From contig CAYRXU010000004.1 of NCBI GenBank assembly GCA_964428325.1, positions 1-56,496 on the forward strand: DNA of 56,496 nucleotides, in the 5' to 3' direction. The notes beneath the pieces are model-generated. The model did not search any database and had not been told where the DNA came from. It saw only the letters and a program-made list of their open reading frames with translations. The stretch comes from Candidatus Woesearchaeota archaeon (GTDB taxonomy: Archaea > Nanobdellota > Nanobdellia > Pacearchaeales > GW2011-AR1). Position 1 is the first letter of the stretch. Every line of letters begins with the position of its first letter. Shown piece after piece: positions 1 through 10,680 of the stretch. A program made the position numbers and the translations under genes.

Positions 1-54
1 CAAGGACGATGCCCTTTCGCGGCGTAAACCCGGGTTCGAATCCCGGCAGGGGCA
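1..54 (+). tRNA. tRNA-Glu(TTC), 5'-truncated by the window edge; integration target
   Basis: Anticodon arm ATGCC-CTTTCGC-GGCGT, T-arm CCGGG-TTCGAAT-CCCGG, acceptor 3' strand CAGGGGC plus discriminator A; nearly identical to the tRNA-Glu at 41057. Confidence 0.9.
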
Positions 55-56
55 TC
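44..56 (+). repeat. attL core (13-bp direct repeat overlapping the tRNA 3' end)
   Basis: CGGCAGGGGCATC, identical to 18460-18472. Confidence 0.9.
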
Positions 57-62
57 TAGGTA

Positions 63-103
63 TTTTGCGATTTTAGTGGGCATTTGTCCATACTAAGTCC
101 ATG
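63..103 (+). repeat. Left subterminal inverted arm of the element
   Basis: 32/41 ungapped matches to the reverse complement of 18407-18447, including a perfect AGTGGGCATTTG. Confidence 0.85.
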
Positions 104-120
104 TTACATATTAACGTGGA

Positions 121-1293
121 TTGGGACAAAAACCCATGAAAATCGACCCCTATAACCATAAAGAACGATACCTCGAGTGGAAAGAAGAAGCCACAAAAAC
201 AGGAATCAGAGACGTAGGCACATACAATTCTGATCTTATACTGAAATACTTAAACGATATGGAAAAGGGAATTAACATATCGATGGTAAGCGTTAAGGGA
301 GGTAGAAGTCATATGCGACTCTGTTCCTTACGAGATAGATTACGATTCTTTTCATTAAAGTTCAAAGAGCTCTACGATCTTGATCGAATAACCAATGTCT
401 CAGAAGAACAAGTAATTGGTTTTTTCGCTGATATGAAAAGCGGAGTCATATCGAGAAAGGACGGCAAGCAGTTTAAGTCGACAGATACGGCAGTCAAAAT
501 CTTCAAAGCTTTTTGGCATTGGTATCAGAAGATGAGTAAAAAACAAGGTTTAGAAGTGCCCGATATAACGTTAGACCTCGATACAAGAGCAGAGAAGCCC
601 GACTGGGTGTATCTTACGGAAGAAGAAATAAAGAAATTATGCGACAATGTAAAACCAGACTACAAGACACTAATCATGTTTCTGTTCGATACAGGAATTA
701 GAGCTCCAACTGAATTGATGAATATTAAAGTTTCTGACTTATATAGTGAGTGTAAAGAAGTTAATATTCGAGAGGAAGCAAGCAAAACATTCGGGAGACG
801 AATAAAACTGATGCTCTGTTCTCATATGGTTAAAGAGCATATTAAGAACAATAAACTGACTAAAGAAGACTATCTCTTCCCCATTAGCCCAGGAAGAACA
901 AATGAATATCTAAAAAGAACTGCACAACGCGTATTCGGAGAGGGGAAAACACTAGCAGGGCAAAAATACTCAGAACTAACGATGTATGATTTTCGCCACA
1001 ACTCATGTTGCTACTGGCTCCCACGTTACAAATCAGAATCTGCACTCAAATACAGATTCGGCTGGAAGAAAAGCGAGAAAATTCATTATTACAGCGAGCT
1101 ATTGGGAATGAAAGACACTATCTCCGAAGATGATCTCCTCATCGACACAACAAAAACAGAAATAGAAAAAAGGCTGGCTCAATCAGAAAAAGAAAGAGGA
1201 ATTATGGAAGAAAAAATAAAGACAATGGAGCTCCAGATGATCAATATCCTAGAACTTGTGAAGCAATTAGAAATAACCCATAAAATAGCCTAA
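121..1293 (+). CDS. Tyrosine recombinase/integrase (probable ATG at 136)
   Basis: GIRAPTEL (Arg), SKT (Lys), YDFRH, RFGW, IHYYS (Tyr); located beside the tRNA att site. Confidence 0.9.
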   Translation: MGQKPMKIDPYNHKERYLEWKEEATKTGIRDVGTYNSDLILKYLNDMEKGINISMVSVKGGRSHMRLCSLRDRLRFFSLKFKELYDLDRITNVSEEQVIGFFADMKSGVISRKDGKQFKSTDTAVKIFKAFWHWYQKMSKKQGLEVPDITLDLDTRAEKPDWVYLTEEEIKKLCDNVKPDYKTLIMFLFDTGIRAPTELMNIKVSDLYSECKEVNIREEASKTFGRRIKLMLCSHMVKEHIKNNKLTKEDYLFPISPGRTNEYLKRTAQRVFGEGKTLAGQKYSELTMYDFRHNSCCYWLPRYKSESALKYRFGWKKSEKIHYYSELLGMKDTISEDDLLIDTTKTEIEKRLAQSEKERGIMEEKIKTMELQMINILELVKQLEITHKIA

Positions 1294-1295
1294 CC

Positions 1296-4200
1296 TTATT
1301 TCTCAGCCCAATCTCTAGCAACGAGCTCTGCTTGCTTCAAGACCAATTCTGTGGCTTTCTGTTGCTTGTCTGGAGGATATCCATATTTTCTTAAAATTCT
1401 CTTAACAAGTAATCGCAAATTTGCTTGTATGTTTTCTCGCAACGTCCAGTCAATCGTAACATTTCTTCGTATTGCTTCTGTCAACTCAACAGCAATCTTT
1501 CGTAACGTATCATCGCCAAGCACCTTAACTGCACTATCATTTACTTCAAGTGCATCATAGAATGCAATTTCGTCCTCACTCAAATCAAGCTCACTACCCC
1601 GATTCTTTTCTTCCTTGACTTTCTTAGCTAATTCAATTAGTTCTTCTATAACTTGTGCAGCTTCAATACTCTTATTCGTATATTTTTTAATGGTTTTATC
1701 TAACAAATCCATAAAGGACTTTCCTTGAACAAGATTTTTCTTCATCATGATTCTAATCTCGTCATTAAGTAATTTCTTGAGCGTTTCAAATGCAAGGTTT
1801 TTTTGAGGCATCTCTTTAACTTCCGCTAAGAATCCTTCAGACAGAATTGAAATGTCGGGCTTTTTGATACCTGCTGCTGCAAAAATGTCCACAATCCGAT
1901 CGGAAACAATAGCCTTAGACAAGATTTGCTTGATAGCAGAGTCTATACTTTCTTTATCAAATAGTTTAGTTATCGTATTCTTAGAGAGTGCAGCTTTTAT
2001 TGCTTGGAAAAGTCCAACCTCTTCTTTAATCTTCATTGCCCTATCATGAGGAACTGCAAGAGAAAATGCCTTGAGAAGAGCAGTCGTTTCTTTGATGTAT
2101 CGCTCTTTACCGTCTTTTTGTTTTAAGATATGTTCCATTGCGTTTGGCAAGAACGAGATTCTCTCTTTCGGACTCAATCTAAAGAATTTCTTGTAATCTA
2201 ATCCGTGAAACATGGAACTAACAACTTCATACTTTTCTAGCATTAATTCGACGGCCTTATCCTGATCAAACGTAGGCTTGCCCTTGCCCCCGCTTTCAGT
2301 ATAATCCATTAGAGCCTTCTTGAGATCAACCCCTATGCCCATGTAATCAACAATCAATCCTCCTTCTTTGTCCTTGAAAACTCGATTAACACGCGCAATT
2401 GCCTGCATGAGGCTATGTCCCTTCATAGCTTTGTCAACATACATTGTATGCAGAACAGGAGCATCAAAACCCGTAAGCCACATATCGCGCACAAGTACGA
2501 GTTTAAGCGGATGATGTTGGTCTTTAAGGTTCTCGCCTATATGTTGTCGACGTGACTTATTGCGTATGTGTTCCTGCCATTCCTTGGGGTCGGAAGCAGA
2601 GCCAGTCATAATAATTTTCACGACACCACTGTCATCGTCCTTACTATACCAGTTGGGACGTAACTTGATAATTTCATTATACAACTCGACACAGATTCTT
2701 CGGCTCATACATACAATGATGCCCTTTCCTTCTAAAACTTCAGTTCTCTTCTCAAAATGGTCGACAATATCCTCTGCAATCTTCTTGATACGCCTCGGAC
2801 TTCCTGCAACCGCCTCTAGACGCGCCCATTTACTCTTGAGTCTCTCCTTACCTTCTTCTCCCTCAGTTATTTCCTCGAACTCTTGGTCAATTTTGGGTCT
2901 TTCTTCAGGTTTAAGCTCTAACTTTGCAAGTCTACTTTCATAATAAATTCTAACTGTTGCTCCATCTTTTACTGCTTGCTCAATATCATAGACGTCCACA
3001 TACTTGCCAAAAACGGCAGGAGTGCTCTTATCAGATTTTTCAATAGGTGTTCCTGTAAATCCGATAAATGACGCTTTGGGCAATCCGTCCCGTAAATACT
3101 TAGCAAACCCATAGGTGATAAGTGCCTTGTCTTTTTTATCGAGTACCTTTGCACTAAACCCGTACTGGCTTCTGTGAGCTTCATCAGCGATAACAACAAT
3201 ATTATCTCGTTCTGAAAGAACAGGATACGTCTCTCGCTCCTCTTCAGGGAAAAACTTTTGGATGGTTGTGAAAATAACGCCTCCTGAAGAAACTCGCAAT
3301 AAGTTTTGAAGTTCCTTTCTCGACTCTGCTTGAACAGGTGTTTGCTTGACTATGTCTCGACAACGACCAAACGTCTCAAATAATTGCCCATCGAGATCGT
3401 TTCTATCTGTGAGTAAAACAACAGTCGGATTGTCCAATTCTCTCACCAGCTTTCCTGTGTAAAAGACCATTGTAAGACTTTTCCCCGAACCTTGTGTATG
3501 CCATACTACTCCTGCTTTCTTATTTCCTTTACGCGCAGCGATAGTAGACTCTAGAGCTTTATTGACTGCATAGTATTGGTGATATGCAGCCACCTTCTTA
3601 TGCGTCTCCTTATCTTTCTCAAAAACAATAAAGTTTCGTATAAGGTCAAGGAATCTTTCCTTATCGCACATTCCCTTAAGGAGGACTTCCATTTCTGTAA
3701 GACTCTTACTGGGTTTTCGACCATCAAGGCTTTTCCATTGCATAAAACGTTCTTTAGCAGAAGTCAATGTGCCCACTCGCGTATCAAGCCCATCGCTTAC
3801 TATCAATAGTTCGTTATAAGTGAAAACGGAGCTAATCTGTTCTTTATACGTTTGTAATTGATTATATGCCGTCCAGATAGTTGCCTCTTCATCCGCAATA
3901 TTCTTTAGTTCAACAAGCACCAAAGGAAGACCATTAACAAACAGGATTACGTCAGGTCTTCGATCTACATTGTTTTCAATTATTGTAAACTGATTAATTG
4001 CAGTAAACTCGTTACGCTCTGGTTTATCGAAATCTACCAGCCAAACCGTATCTCCCACGATTCGTCCGTCTTTTCGATATTCAACCGCCACACCATCTAC
4101 AAGCATTTTGTGGAAACTTTCGTTATTGGCTATAAGCGATTGATTTTCTGCGCGTAGAACCCTCTTTAACGCCTGTTCTTGTGCTTCTGCTGGAATATGA

Positions 4201-4385
4201 GGGTTAATCTTACGTATCGCTTCCCTCAAACGATCAACGAGAACAACATCTCCATAGCTCTTTCGTTCATTATTGCCGTCTGGAGCAGGCGCAATGTCAG
4301 GGCCATATTCTATTTTCCAATCAATTTCTTCAAGAATTTGAAGAAGAGCATCTTCAACGTGTGACTCTGTTATTATCTTTCTCAT
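1296..4385 (-). CDS. hsdR: Type I restriction enzyme R subunit
   Basis: Nuclease motif [18 protein letters not shown], Walker [13 protein letters not shown] box, [16 protein letters not shown]; 1029 aa. Confidence 0.97.
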   Translation of the reverse strand: MRKIITESHVEDALLQILEEIDWKIEYGPDIAPAPDGNNERKSYGDVVLVDRLREAIRKINPHIPAEAQEQALKRVLRAENQSLIANNESFHKMLVDGVAVEYRKDGRIVGDTVWLVDFDKPERNEFTAINQFTIIENNVDRRPDVILFVNGLPLVLVELKNIADEEATIWTAYNQLQTYKEQISSVFTYNELLIVSDGLDTRVGTLTSAKERFMQWKSLDGRKPSKSLTEMEVLLKGMCDKERFLDLIRNFIVFEKDKETHKKVAAYHQYYAVNKALESTIAARKGNKKAGVVWHTQGSGKSLTMVFYTGKLVRELDNPTVVLLTDRNDLDGQLFETFGRCRDIVKQTPVQAESRKELQNLLRVSSGGVIFTTIQKFFPEEERETYPVLSERDNIVVIADEAHRSQYGFSAKVLDKKDKALITYGFAKYLRDGLPKASFIGFTGTPIEKSDKSTPAVFGKYVDVYDIEQAVKDGATVRIYYESRLAKLELKPEERPKIDQEFEEITEGEEGKERLKSKWARLEAVAGSPRRIKKIAEDIVDHFEKRTEVLEGKGIIVCMSRRICVELYNEIIKLRPNWYSKDDDSGVVKIIMTGSASDPKEWQEHIRNKSRRQHIGENLKDQHHPLKLVLVRDMWLTGFDAPVLHTMYVDKAMKGHSLMQAIARVNRVFKDKEGGLIVDYMGIGVDLKKALMDYTESGGKGKPTFDQDKAVELMLEKYEVVSSMFHGLDYKKFFRLSPKERISFLPNAMEHILKQKDGKERYIKETTALLKAFSLAVPHDRAMKIKEEVGLFQAIKAALSKNTITKLFDKESIDSAIKQILSKAIVSDRIVDIFAAAGIKKPDISILSEGFLAEVKEMPQKNLAFETLKKLLNDEIRIMMKKNLVQGKSFMDLLDKTIKKYTNKSIEAAQVIEELIELAKKVKEEKNRGSELDLSEDEIAFYDALEVNDSAVKVLGDDTLRKIAVELTEAIRRNVTIDWTLRENIQANLRLLVKRILRKYGYPPDKQQKATELVLKQAELVARDWAEK

Positions 4386-4411
4386 CTTGTTATTTGAGGT
4401 TTTTCTTATTT

Positions 4412-5584
4412 TTAAGGTTGTGTTTTCTGACTGTCAGAACTTTCTTTCTTATGTTGAAAATCGTAATTTCTAGTGGTTATCTTCTCAACAAGTTTAACAG
4501 CTTCTATTATGAGTTTCCTTGCTTTCTCCTTATCAATGTCTGGTTTCATGATGCTTCTTAGAGCAGGCAAATTTTCAGCAGTCAGATAAGTTGGTTTGGG
4601 AGGGTGTTCGCCTTTCAGCGAAATCATGTAGGCAGGAACGACTACCTCGGGAATTATTTTGTGGAGATTAGAATGAACATAGTTGTTTCTTATGAATTCC
4701 CTAAGTTCTTGAAGGTATTTTTTCTCTTGATCACCAATAAATCCTTGCGAATGACAATCGTTTATTAAATTCTCTAGCTCTGCTTCATAGTGCTCTTTCT
4801 TTTTATAGAACCATATTTCTTTCAAAAAAGACTCTATGAATATAGAGAGCATACAGATAGAAGCATTAAAGTTTCCAAACCAAAAATTACTTATGGTTTC
4901 ATAATATAAGGATTTATTTTCAGCTTCTAAGTGGATTCTATCATTAATTAGAGGTAATTGCCTCATTCTATCTATGATCTCGTCTTTTTTAGCTAAAAAG
5001 GAATTATACATCTTTTCCGCTTCTTCTTTTTTTAAGAAATATTCTTCTTCTTTTATCATTCGTTTGTGCAAATCTTTAGGGGCAGACATTAATTCATCAA
5101 ATTCCTTAATCTGCGCGTTTAAACCCTTTATTTCCTCCGATTCTTCAGAAAATCCCCTCCCAAGCATTTTCTCTTTCTTATACAGAAATCTTTCTCTTTG
5201 TATCGCTAGATTTGAAGCAGAAACAAATTCAGCAGGATTCTGAATCGATTCCACATTAGCACTATTCTTTAAACTACTGAAATACTCAGCAATTTTGTAA
5301 ATATTATTATTTTCATCTTTAAATGATTGGAATAATTTAGATTTCTTTCGAAACTCCAAGAATTCTTTTTGATCAATTATTTTATTTTCATACAGATAGT
5401 CTAAGAGGGTTTGAACATCACATTCATTTTTAATCTCTCGAGCCAAATAGTGATAAAATTCTAGTTTCTGGCCGATCATTATTTTATCGATTATCTCCCC
5501 TATTCCTTTTCTAAATTCGTAGAATTCTTTTTTCAGTTTTTCATAGTCAGAACTTTCTTCATCCATTCGCTCTAATCTCTCCAT
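4412..5584 (-). CDS. Protein with N-terminal helical/coiled-coil region and C-terminal HEPN-like domain
   Basis: C-terminal IESFLKE...RNNYVH (Rx4H); lies between hsdS and hsdR. Confidence 0.6.
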   Translation of the reverse strand: MERLERMDEESSDYEKLKKEFYEFRKGIGEIIDKIMIGQKLEFYHYLAREIKNECDVQTLLDYLYENKIIDQKEFLEFRKKSKLFQSFKDENNNIYKIAEYFSSLKNSANVESIQNPAEFVSASNLAIQRERFLYKKEKMLGRGFSEESEEIKGLNAQIKEFDELMSAPKDLHKRMIKEEEYFLKKEEAEKMYNSFLAKKDEIIDRMRQLPLINDRIHLEAENKSLYYETISNFWFGNFNASICMLSIFIESFLKEIWFYKKKEHYEAELENLINDCHSQGFIGDQEKKYLQELREFIRNNYVHSNLHKIIPEVVVPAYMISLKGEHPPKPTYLTAENLPALRSIMKPDIDKEKARKLIIEAVKLVEKITTRNYDFQHKKESSDSQKTQP

Positions 5585-6812
5585 TCATTAATTTAGGCAA
5601 AAGCGAATCTCTGATTTTCATTAGAGAATAATTTTCGTAAAAGTTCTTTTCCATTGTTCTTCTAATAGGTTTAATAATCTGATCAAAAGATTCTAAACTT
5701 TTTTTATCTGGTATTAAAACGTTTACCTTCTTTATTCCCTTAACATTAAAACTATCAAAAATAGTTCCTCTGTCTATATTCTTCTCTATTTCGTCTCTTC
5801 CTAATTGAGAATGGAGAAATAGGAGTAAGTAAAAAGGAGAGATGGTAGTTGCCCTTATAGCAGTTATGTTTCTACCTATGCCTGCTTTAAAATTGTAAGG
5901 GGTCTGGGATATGTTCCCAGAGAAACCTGCGTTGTTGATCAATATATCTCCTTCTTCAACTTCTATATTATTTGTCCAAATACTATAATCTTCTTCGCTT
6001 ATAAAATACTTCTTATCTAAATTAAGCAGACCTTTTTGACCCATATTATAAAATTGCAATAGTAATTTTCCCCCTTCTTTTTCTTCTGGCTTTTTAGTAT
6101 GTAAACAATCAATCACTCTTGCAATTTCAGGTAATTTTTTAATCTCCCAAGTATCTTTTCGTTCATCGATAAACCATTTCTTAAAAAACGCCTGCCCAAT
6201 ATTTTCAAGCGTTCTATTCATTTGATTGTTGAGTTCTATTTTATCCTGAATTATCTTGTAAAATTTACCTATTTCTTGCTGTTCTTTAATTTTTGGCAAT
6301 GGGATAATAAAAGACTTCATTTTCCCCCCATCAATAGCTCTTCTAGATGACCCAGAATTAAATGATCCAATATAATTTTTAGTTTGAGGCAAGATAAGAT
6401 ATGCATTCAGAAACCAAGGAGATAGTCTTTCTTTATTACATCTGATACAACCAACTGAACGAGTGATCACTGCGGGCAACATGTCCTTTGGAACTATACA
6501 TGATCTTGCAAAAGTTATGCCATCCCCAAGCTGATTTAATAAAACATCTTCCTCTTCCAATTCAGCAGATTTTAATTCTAGATATTGTTCTTTAGAGATG
6601 TATCCCACTTTTGACTTATCAAGATAGCCATCAAAAACAGGAGCACTCTGAATAATGCGAAACGCCGTAAGTTTATTAGAATGGCTTTGTTTTCCTCCTT
6701 TAGGGTCTCTTCCGCAAAATATTTTTTTGACACTACTTCCTAACTTGGTTATTTCCCAATCTTCTGGAATCTTTCCTATTTCAGTTTGTTTGAACTTGGT
6801 TTGTTGCTTCAT
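5559..6812 (-). CDS. hsdS: Type I R-M specificity subunit
   Basis: IGKIPEDWEITKLG start, central IPLPKIKEQQEI...WEIKKL conserved repeat, terminal [12 protein letters not shown]; ATG at 6812 (ORF track starts at 6821). Confidence 0.95.
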   Translation of the reverse strand: MKQQTKFKQTEIGKIPEDWEITKLGSSVKKIFCGRDPKGGKQSHSNKLTAFRIIQSAPVFDGYLDKSKVGYISKEQYLELKSAELEEEDVLLNQLGDGITFARSCIVPKDMLPAVITRSVGCIRCNKERLSPWFLNAYLILPQTKNYIGSFNSGSSRRAIDGGKMKSFIIPLPKIKEQQEIGKFYKIIQDKIELNNQMNRTLENIGQAFFKKWFIDERKDTWEIKKLPEIARVIDCLHTKKPEEKEGGKLLLQFYNMGQKGLLNLDKKYFISEEDYSIWTNNIEVEEGDILINNAGFSGNISQTPYNFKAGIGRNITAIRATTISPFYLLLFLHSQLGRDEIEKNIDRGTIFDSFNVKGIKKVNVLIPDKKSLESFDQIIKPIRRTMEKNFYENYSLMKIRDSLLPKLMNGEIRANG

Positions 6813-7311
6813 TATTAACAATCTCCTGAACAGCTTGTTTTGGTGTTAAAACCTTAAAATTAGGAATGGTTTGTTCCAAAATCGTAAAATCTTTCAAGTT
6901 CCATGTAACAAAGCAGTCTATTTGATTTTCTACTATCGCCTGACATTGAATTGCATCTCCAGATTTTTCATTGAATTTTATCGCCGTTTCTATAAAATTG
7001 TCTATTAATTCTCTAGAAAAAGCTTGCGGGCTAATTTGTTTCTTTGATGAAGAAAAAGGGAGAGGATTTATTGTTTTTCTCCAAGATTTAGTTATTCTAT
7101 ATAGCAAAGAATAGGCTTTATCTTTGTCTTTAGTTCTTCTTATCATGGCAGAAGCCAATTCCAGAAAGGTAAAGATAGAAGTAAAAAAAGACACCTTCTT
7201 TGATTTACAGGTCAATACGTAATCCATAAATTCTTTCGATTCTTTATGGTTAGCTTCGCCTTCAATTTCAGAAGCTACGATGACGTCAGAATCAATGGCT
7301 ATATTTTTCAT
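6781..7311 (-). CDS. PIN-domain (VapC-like) ribonuclease
   Basis: IAIDSD, TFLELA, SGDAI and FVTWNLKDF acidic motifs; probable ATG at 7311. Confidence 0.8.
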   Translation of the reverse strand: MKNIAIDSDVIVASEIEGEANHKESKEFMDYVLTCKSKKVSFFTSIFTFLELASAMIRRTKDKDKAYSLLYRITKSWRKTINPLPFSSSKKQISPQAFSRELIDNFIETAIKFNEKSGDAIQCQAIVENQIDCFVTWNLKDFTILEQTIPNFKVLTPKQAVQEIVNNEATNQVQTN

Positions 7312-7312
7312 T

Positions 7313-7456
7313 TTAATAGTAGTCGCTCCAGAAAGATACCCTTCGCCTCCTTCTAGAAGGAACTTTAGCCACAAACGAAACTTTTCTTCCTCTAGCCCTA
7401 AACGAAACTCTTTTCCTTACTCTGCCTCTCGCTAAAAAACTAATTCTTCTTGCCAT
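7313..7456 (-). CDS. 47-aa Arg-rich peptide MARRISFLARGRVRKRVSFRARGRKVSFVAKVPSRRRRRVSFWSDYY (absent from the ORF track)
   Basis: Translated by hand; GAGGTAGG Shine-Dalgarno before the ATG, overlaps the upstream stop and ends 1 nt before the PIN ATG; internal repeats. Confidence 0.75.
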   Translation of the reverse strand: MARRISFLARGRVRKRVSFRARGRKVSFVAKVPSRRRRRVSFWSDYY

Positions 7457-8024
7457 CGCCTACCTCGTTATTTTTCTCTTGAGATTCTTTTAGTTTATTC
7501 TCAAAATCCTTAAAAACTGGTCCAAAATCCCTTTGAATTAGAGTGCTAAGTCTCACATATTCCAAGAGACTCTTAATCAATAGTTTGATTGAATTATTGC
7601 ATAAATCAAAATACTCTTTCAGATTTATCTCATTAACTTTTTCTATATCAACTATCAGACGATGAAGAATAAGATTTCGTTTAGAGTTTAATTTCTTCAA
7701 ATCGTTATATAACTCTAAGTCAATTATACAATTAAAGTGAAGTAATGACAAACTTTCCATGAATCTAAGTCTTTTTATATAATCTTTATAGTCGTTGCTT
7801 ATTATTGACCTGCTTAAATTTATTTTTGAATTTAACAAAATATAAACGAAAGATTTCATAAGTTCGTCTATGAATACATGAGAATAAGATATCCAGTGAA
7901 AATGAAACTTATTATTATAAGCCTCGTTTAGGTCTTTCTCTAAATCGTAGGAATTAATTAATTGGCTAAAGGGCTCATCGTTATCTTCGTGGTTATCCAT
8001 TCCAACACTCCTTAGTTTCCTCAA
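7440..8024 (-). CDS. HEPN-like protein
   Basis: KRNLILH (Rx4H) in a helical 194-aa protein; coupled within the hsd operon. Confidence 0.55.
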   Translation of the reverse strand: MRKLRSVGMDNHEDNDEPFSQLINSYDLEKDLNEAYNNKFHFHWISYSHVFIDELMKSFVYILLNSKINLSRSIISNDYKDYIKRLRFMESLSLLHFNCIIDLELYNDLKKLNSKRNLILHRLIVDIEKVNEINLKEYFDLCNNSIKLLIKSLLEYVRLSTLIQRDFGPVFKDFENKLKESQEKNNEVGDGKKN

Positions 8025-8232
8025 TTAGTTTCATAATTCCGAAATAAATATAAAAAATAAGACAAATTATTAAAACAAATCCGATAAATATTTGATAACC
8101 TGTAGTCGCAGTATCAAAAGTATGTTGTATCGCTGCCCCAAATAAGATCTCGAAAAGAGTCGGCACTCCCACAATTACAAAAATCCAAGCAATCAAAAGC
8201 TTAAACCAATTGTCACACACTATAGTTTCCAC
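7993..8232 (-). CDS. Small two-TM membrane protein
   Basis: Two hydrophobic stretches; overlaps the hsdM stop. Confidence 0.6.
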   Translation of the reverse strand: METIVCDNWFKLLIAWIFVIVGVPTLFEILFGAAIQHTFDTATTGYQIFIGFVLIICLIFYIYFGIMKLIEETKECWNG

Positions 8233-9752
8233 CCTAAACCAGCAAGGTTCTTTCTAATTTCAGCTTCGAGTCTATCGCTCTCCTTAAACTGCTCAGCGAG
8301 CTCTGATGTGAGACGTTTCATTTTTTCATCAAATGGCTCGCTATCCTCTTCTACCTCAGCAGTTCCCACATAACGGCCAGGAGTTAGGGTATGTTCATGT
8401 TTACGAATCTCTTCGAGGCTTGCCGATTTACAGAATCCTGCAATATCTTCGTACTTCTTGTCTTTCTGCTCTCCGCGCCAAATATGATATATATCTGCGA
8501 TTTTCTTTACATCCTCGCTTGTTAGTTCCTTATGGCGACGATCAATCATAGCCCCCAGGTTTCTCGCATCGATGAAGAGAACATTCCCCCCCCTATTTCT
8601 AAAATTATGATCTCTTTTATCGCGTGTTACGAACCATAAACAGCAGGGAATCATCGTATTATAGAAAAGCTGTGAAGGTAAAGCAACCATACAGTCAACA
8701 AGATCAGCTTCTACGAGATTCTTTCTAATTTCTCCCTCCCCAGAAGTATTAGATGACATAGAACCATTTGCAAGCACAAATCCTGCGGTGCCTGTTGGTG
8801 AAAGATGATGGATGAAGTGTTGCACCCAACCGAAGTTTGCGTTTCCTAAGGGAGGAGCACCATATTTCCATCTAACATCATCACGTAACAGTTCGCCCTT
8901 CCAATCACTATCATTGAAAGGAGGGTTTGCAATCACGAAGTCTGCTTTGAGGTCTTTATGTAGATCATTATGGAAACTGTCTCCCCATTGAATATTGGCA
9001 TCAATGCCTCTAATAGCCATGTTCATTTTAGCGAGTCGCCAAGTGGTCTGATTTGACTCTTGTCCAAATACGGAAATGTCTCCTAGTCTCCCTCCATGAG
9101 CTGCAATGAACTTCTCGCTCTGCACAAACATACCGCCAGAACCGCAGCACGGGTCGTAGATTCTGCCCTTATACGGTTCAAGCATTTCTACAAGCAACGC
9201 AACGATACTTCGAGGCGTGTAAAACTGTCCTCCTTTCTTACCTTCTGCATCTGCGAACTGTCCTAGAAAGTATTCATATACACGACCGAGAATATCTTTA
9301 CTCTTGCTTTCTTTATCGCCTAAACCAATGGTTCCGATAAGATCAATAAGTTCTCCTAAACGCTGTTTGTCAAGTGAAGGTCGTGCATAGTCTTTTGCAA
9401 GAACGCCTTTTAACGAAGGGTTGTCTTTTTCTATTGCTTCCATAGCATCATCAAGCAACTTTCCTACGGTCGGTTGTTTTGCATTCTTTTGAAGAAATTC
9501 CCAACGTGCTTTTTGTGGAACCCAGAACGTATTCCTAGCGCGATATTCATCTCTATCTTCTGCATCGGCCAATTTGTCTTTTTTTAATTCGTTGTACACT
9601 TCAATAAACGAATCAGAGATATACTTGAGAAAGATAAGACCTAATACAATATGCTTGTATTCGGCAGCATCCATATTATTTCTCATCTTATCGGCTGCCT
9701 GCCATAACTTCTGCTCAAATCCAAGATTGGCTCCGCTAGATAGTTTCGTCAT
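8220..9752 (-). CDS. hsdM: Type I R-M N6-adenine methyltransferase
   Basis: DPCCGSGG motif I, NPPFN motif IV, GQFYTP. Confidence 0.97.
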   Translation of the reverse strand: MTKLSSGANLGFEQKLWQAADKMRNNMDAAEYKHIVLGLIFLKYISDSFIEVYNELKKDKLADAEDRDEYRARNTFWVPQKARWEFLQKNAKQPTVGKLLDDAMEAIEKDNPSLKGVLAKDYARPSLDKQRLGELIDLIGTIGLGDKESKSKDILGRVYEYFLGQFADAEGKKGGQFYTPRSIVALLVEMLEPYKGRIYDPCCGSGGMFVQSEKFIAAHGGRLGDISVFGQESNQTTWRLAKMNMAIRGIDANIQWGDSFHNDLHKDLKADFVIANPPFNDSDWKGELLRDDVRWKYGAPPLGNANFGWVQHFIHHLSPTGTAGFVLANGSMSSNTSGEGEIRKNLVEADLVDCMVALPSQLFYNTMIPCCLWFVTRDKRDHNFRNRGGNVLFIDARNLGAMIDRRHKELTSEDVKKIADIYHIWRGEQKDKKYEDIAGFCKSASLEEIRKHEHTLTPGRYVGTAEVEEDSEPFDEKMKRLTSELAEQFKESDRLEAEIRKNLAGLGWKL

Positions 9753-9787
9753 AGCAAAGGGAACTAAATGATCTATAAAAATCTACT

Positions 9788-10111
9788 CTAACTGCCATCT
9801 TTAACTCTCCCTAATAACAGCAATATCGGGGTCACATCTTTCTTTTCCAAGTTCTCAACGATTTTCTTTAGCTCTTTAGGAGAACGATTGTAATACATCG
9901 AATAAGCAAACTTGCCTCGCTTTTCCTTAAGTTGTGGGAAGATGGTAAGAATCTCTTTTCTTAAATTAATAATGCTCCAACTCTGCATACTCTCTTTGTA
10001 AGAAACGTAACCCAGAATATTAATTGTGTCCTTCGGTATAAGATGCTTGAAGTCTTCTTCGCGTATAGCTTCTCTTTCCTTTTCCGACTGGTTTGTTTCT
10101 CTTTGGTTCAT
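9788..10111 (-). CDS. Hypothetical protein
   Basis: 107-aa ORF co-oriented between the CYTH gene and hsdM; no recognised motif. Confidence 0.55.
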   Translation of the reverse strand: MNQRETNQSEKEREAIREEDFKHLIPKDTINILGYVSYKESMQSWSIINLRKEILTIFPQLKEKRGKFAYSMYYNRSPKELKKIVENLEKKDVTPILLLLGRVKDGS

Positions 10112-10148
10112 GCATAGGGCACCTCTCTTCCAGCTGAGCTGGATTTAG

Positions 10149-10679
10149 TTACTTCTTACGCTTGTTTGCTTCGTCTAGTATTTTGAAATAGTCTTCTCCG
10201 ACTCTTTCAACAAGACCCTTAAGTTTATCTAGGACTTTTTGGACTTCTTCTTCAGAAGGCCCTTCCAGTTCCATAAACTTAAGCTTAGCAGGTTTTGTGA
10301 GTTCAATAAACGCAATCTCAACTTTTCCTAATTGCCAGTACTCTCGTTCAGAATGATTCTCAAGAAGCGTGTAAAACTGCATATGATTAAACATTTGTGC
10401 AACGGCTTCAGGATTGTCTACTTTGCTCGTTAATTCAATACGCTTCCATATGTCACTTTCGGTTTCACGCTTCCCTTTGAAAGTCACTTCTGCTGCATCT
10501 CCCTTAACGCGTAAACGCAAAAAGTCTTTAGCATTCTTCATATCGGTATCTTCTAAACTAAAATATGTATCTGCAAGTGTATATTTTTCCTTAAAGACAG
10601 CTCCGAGTTTCTTTAGTTCGGCAATTACTTTTTCTTTATCTTTAAAGGAAAGCTTAATCTCTATTTCGTGTTGTCCCAT
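10149..10679 (-). CDS. CYTH-domain protein (class IV adenylate cyclase / triphosphatase family)
   Basis: EIEIK (ExExK), FLRLR, TFKG, ELEG. Confidence 0.9.
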   Translation of the reverse strand: MGQHEIEIKLSFKDKEKVIAELKKLGAVFKEKYTLADTYFSLEDTDMKNAKDFLRLRVKGDAAEVTFKGKRETESDIWKRIELTSKVDNPEAVAQMFNHMQFYTLLENHSEREYWQLGKVEIAFIELTKPAKLKFMELEGPSEEEVQKVLDKLKGLVERVGEDYFKILDEANKRKK

Positions 10680-10680
10680 A

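Noticed and set aside
7366-7420. Short direct repeats resembling a mini-CRISPR
   Set aside because: Only two to three copies with no spacers; explained by the repeated RVSF codons of the peptide. No CRISPR array or cas gene was seen in the window.
8586-8593. C8 tract in hsdM as a phase-variation switch
   Set aside because: The gene is in frame, the tract encodes RGG, and a single 8-mer is weak evidence without read-level length variation.
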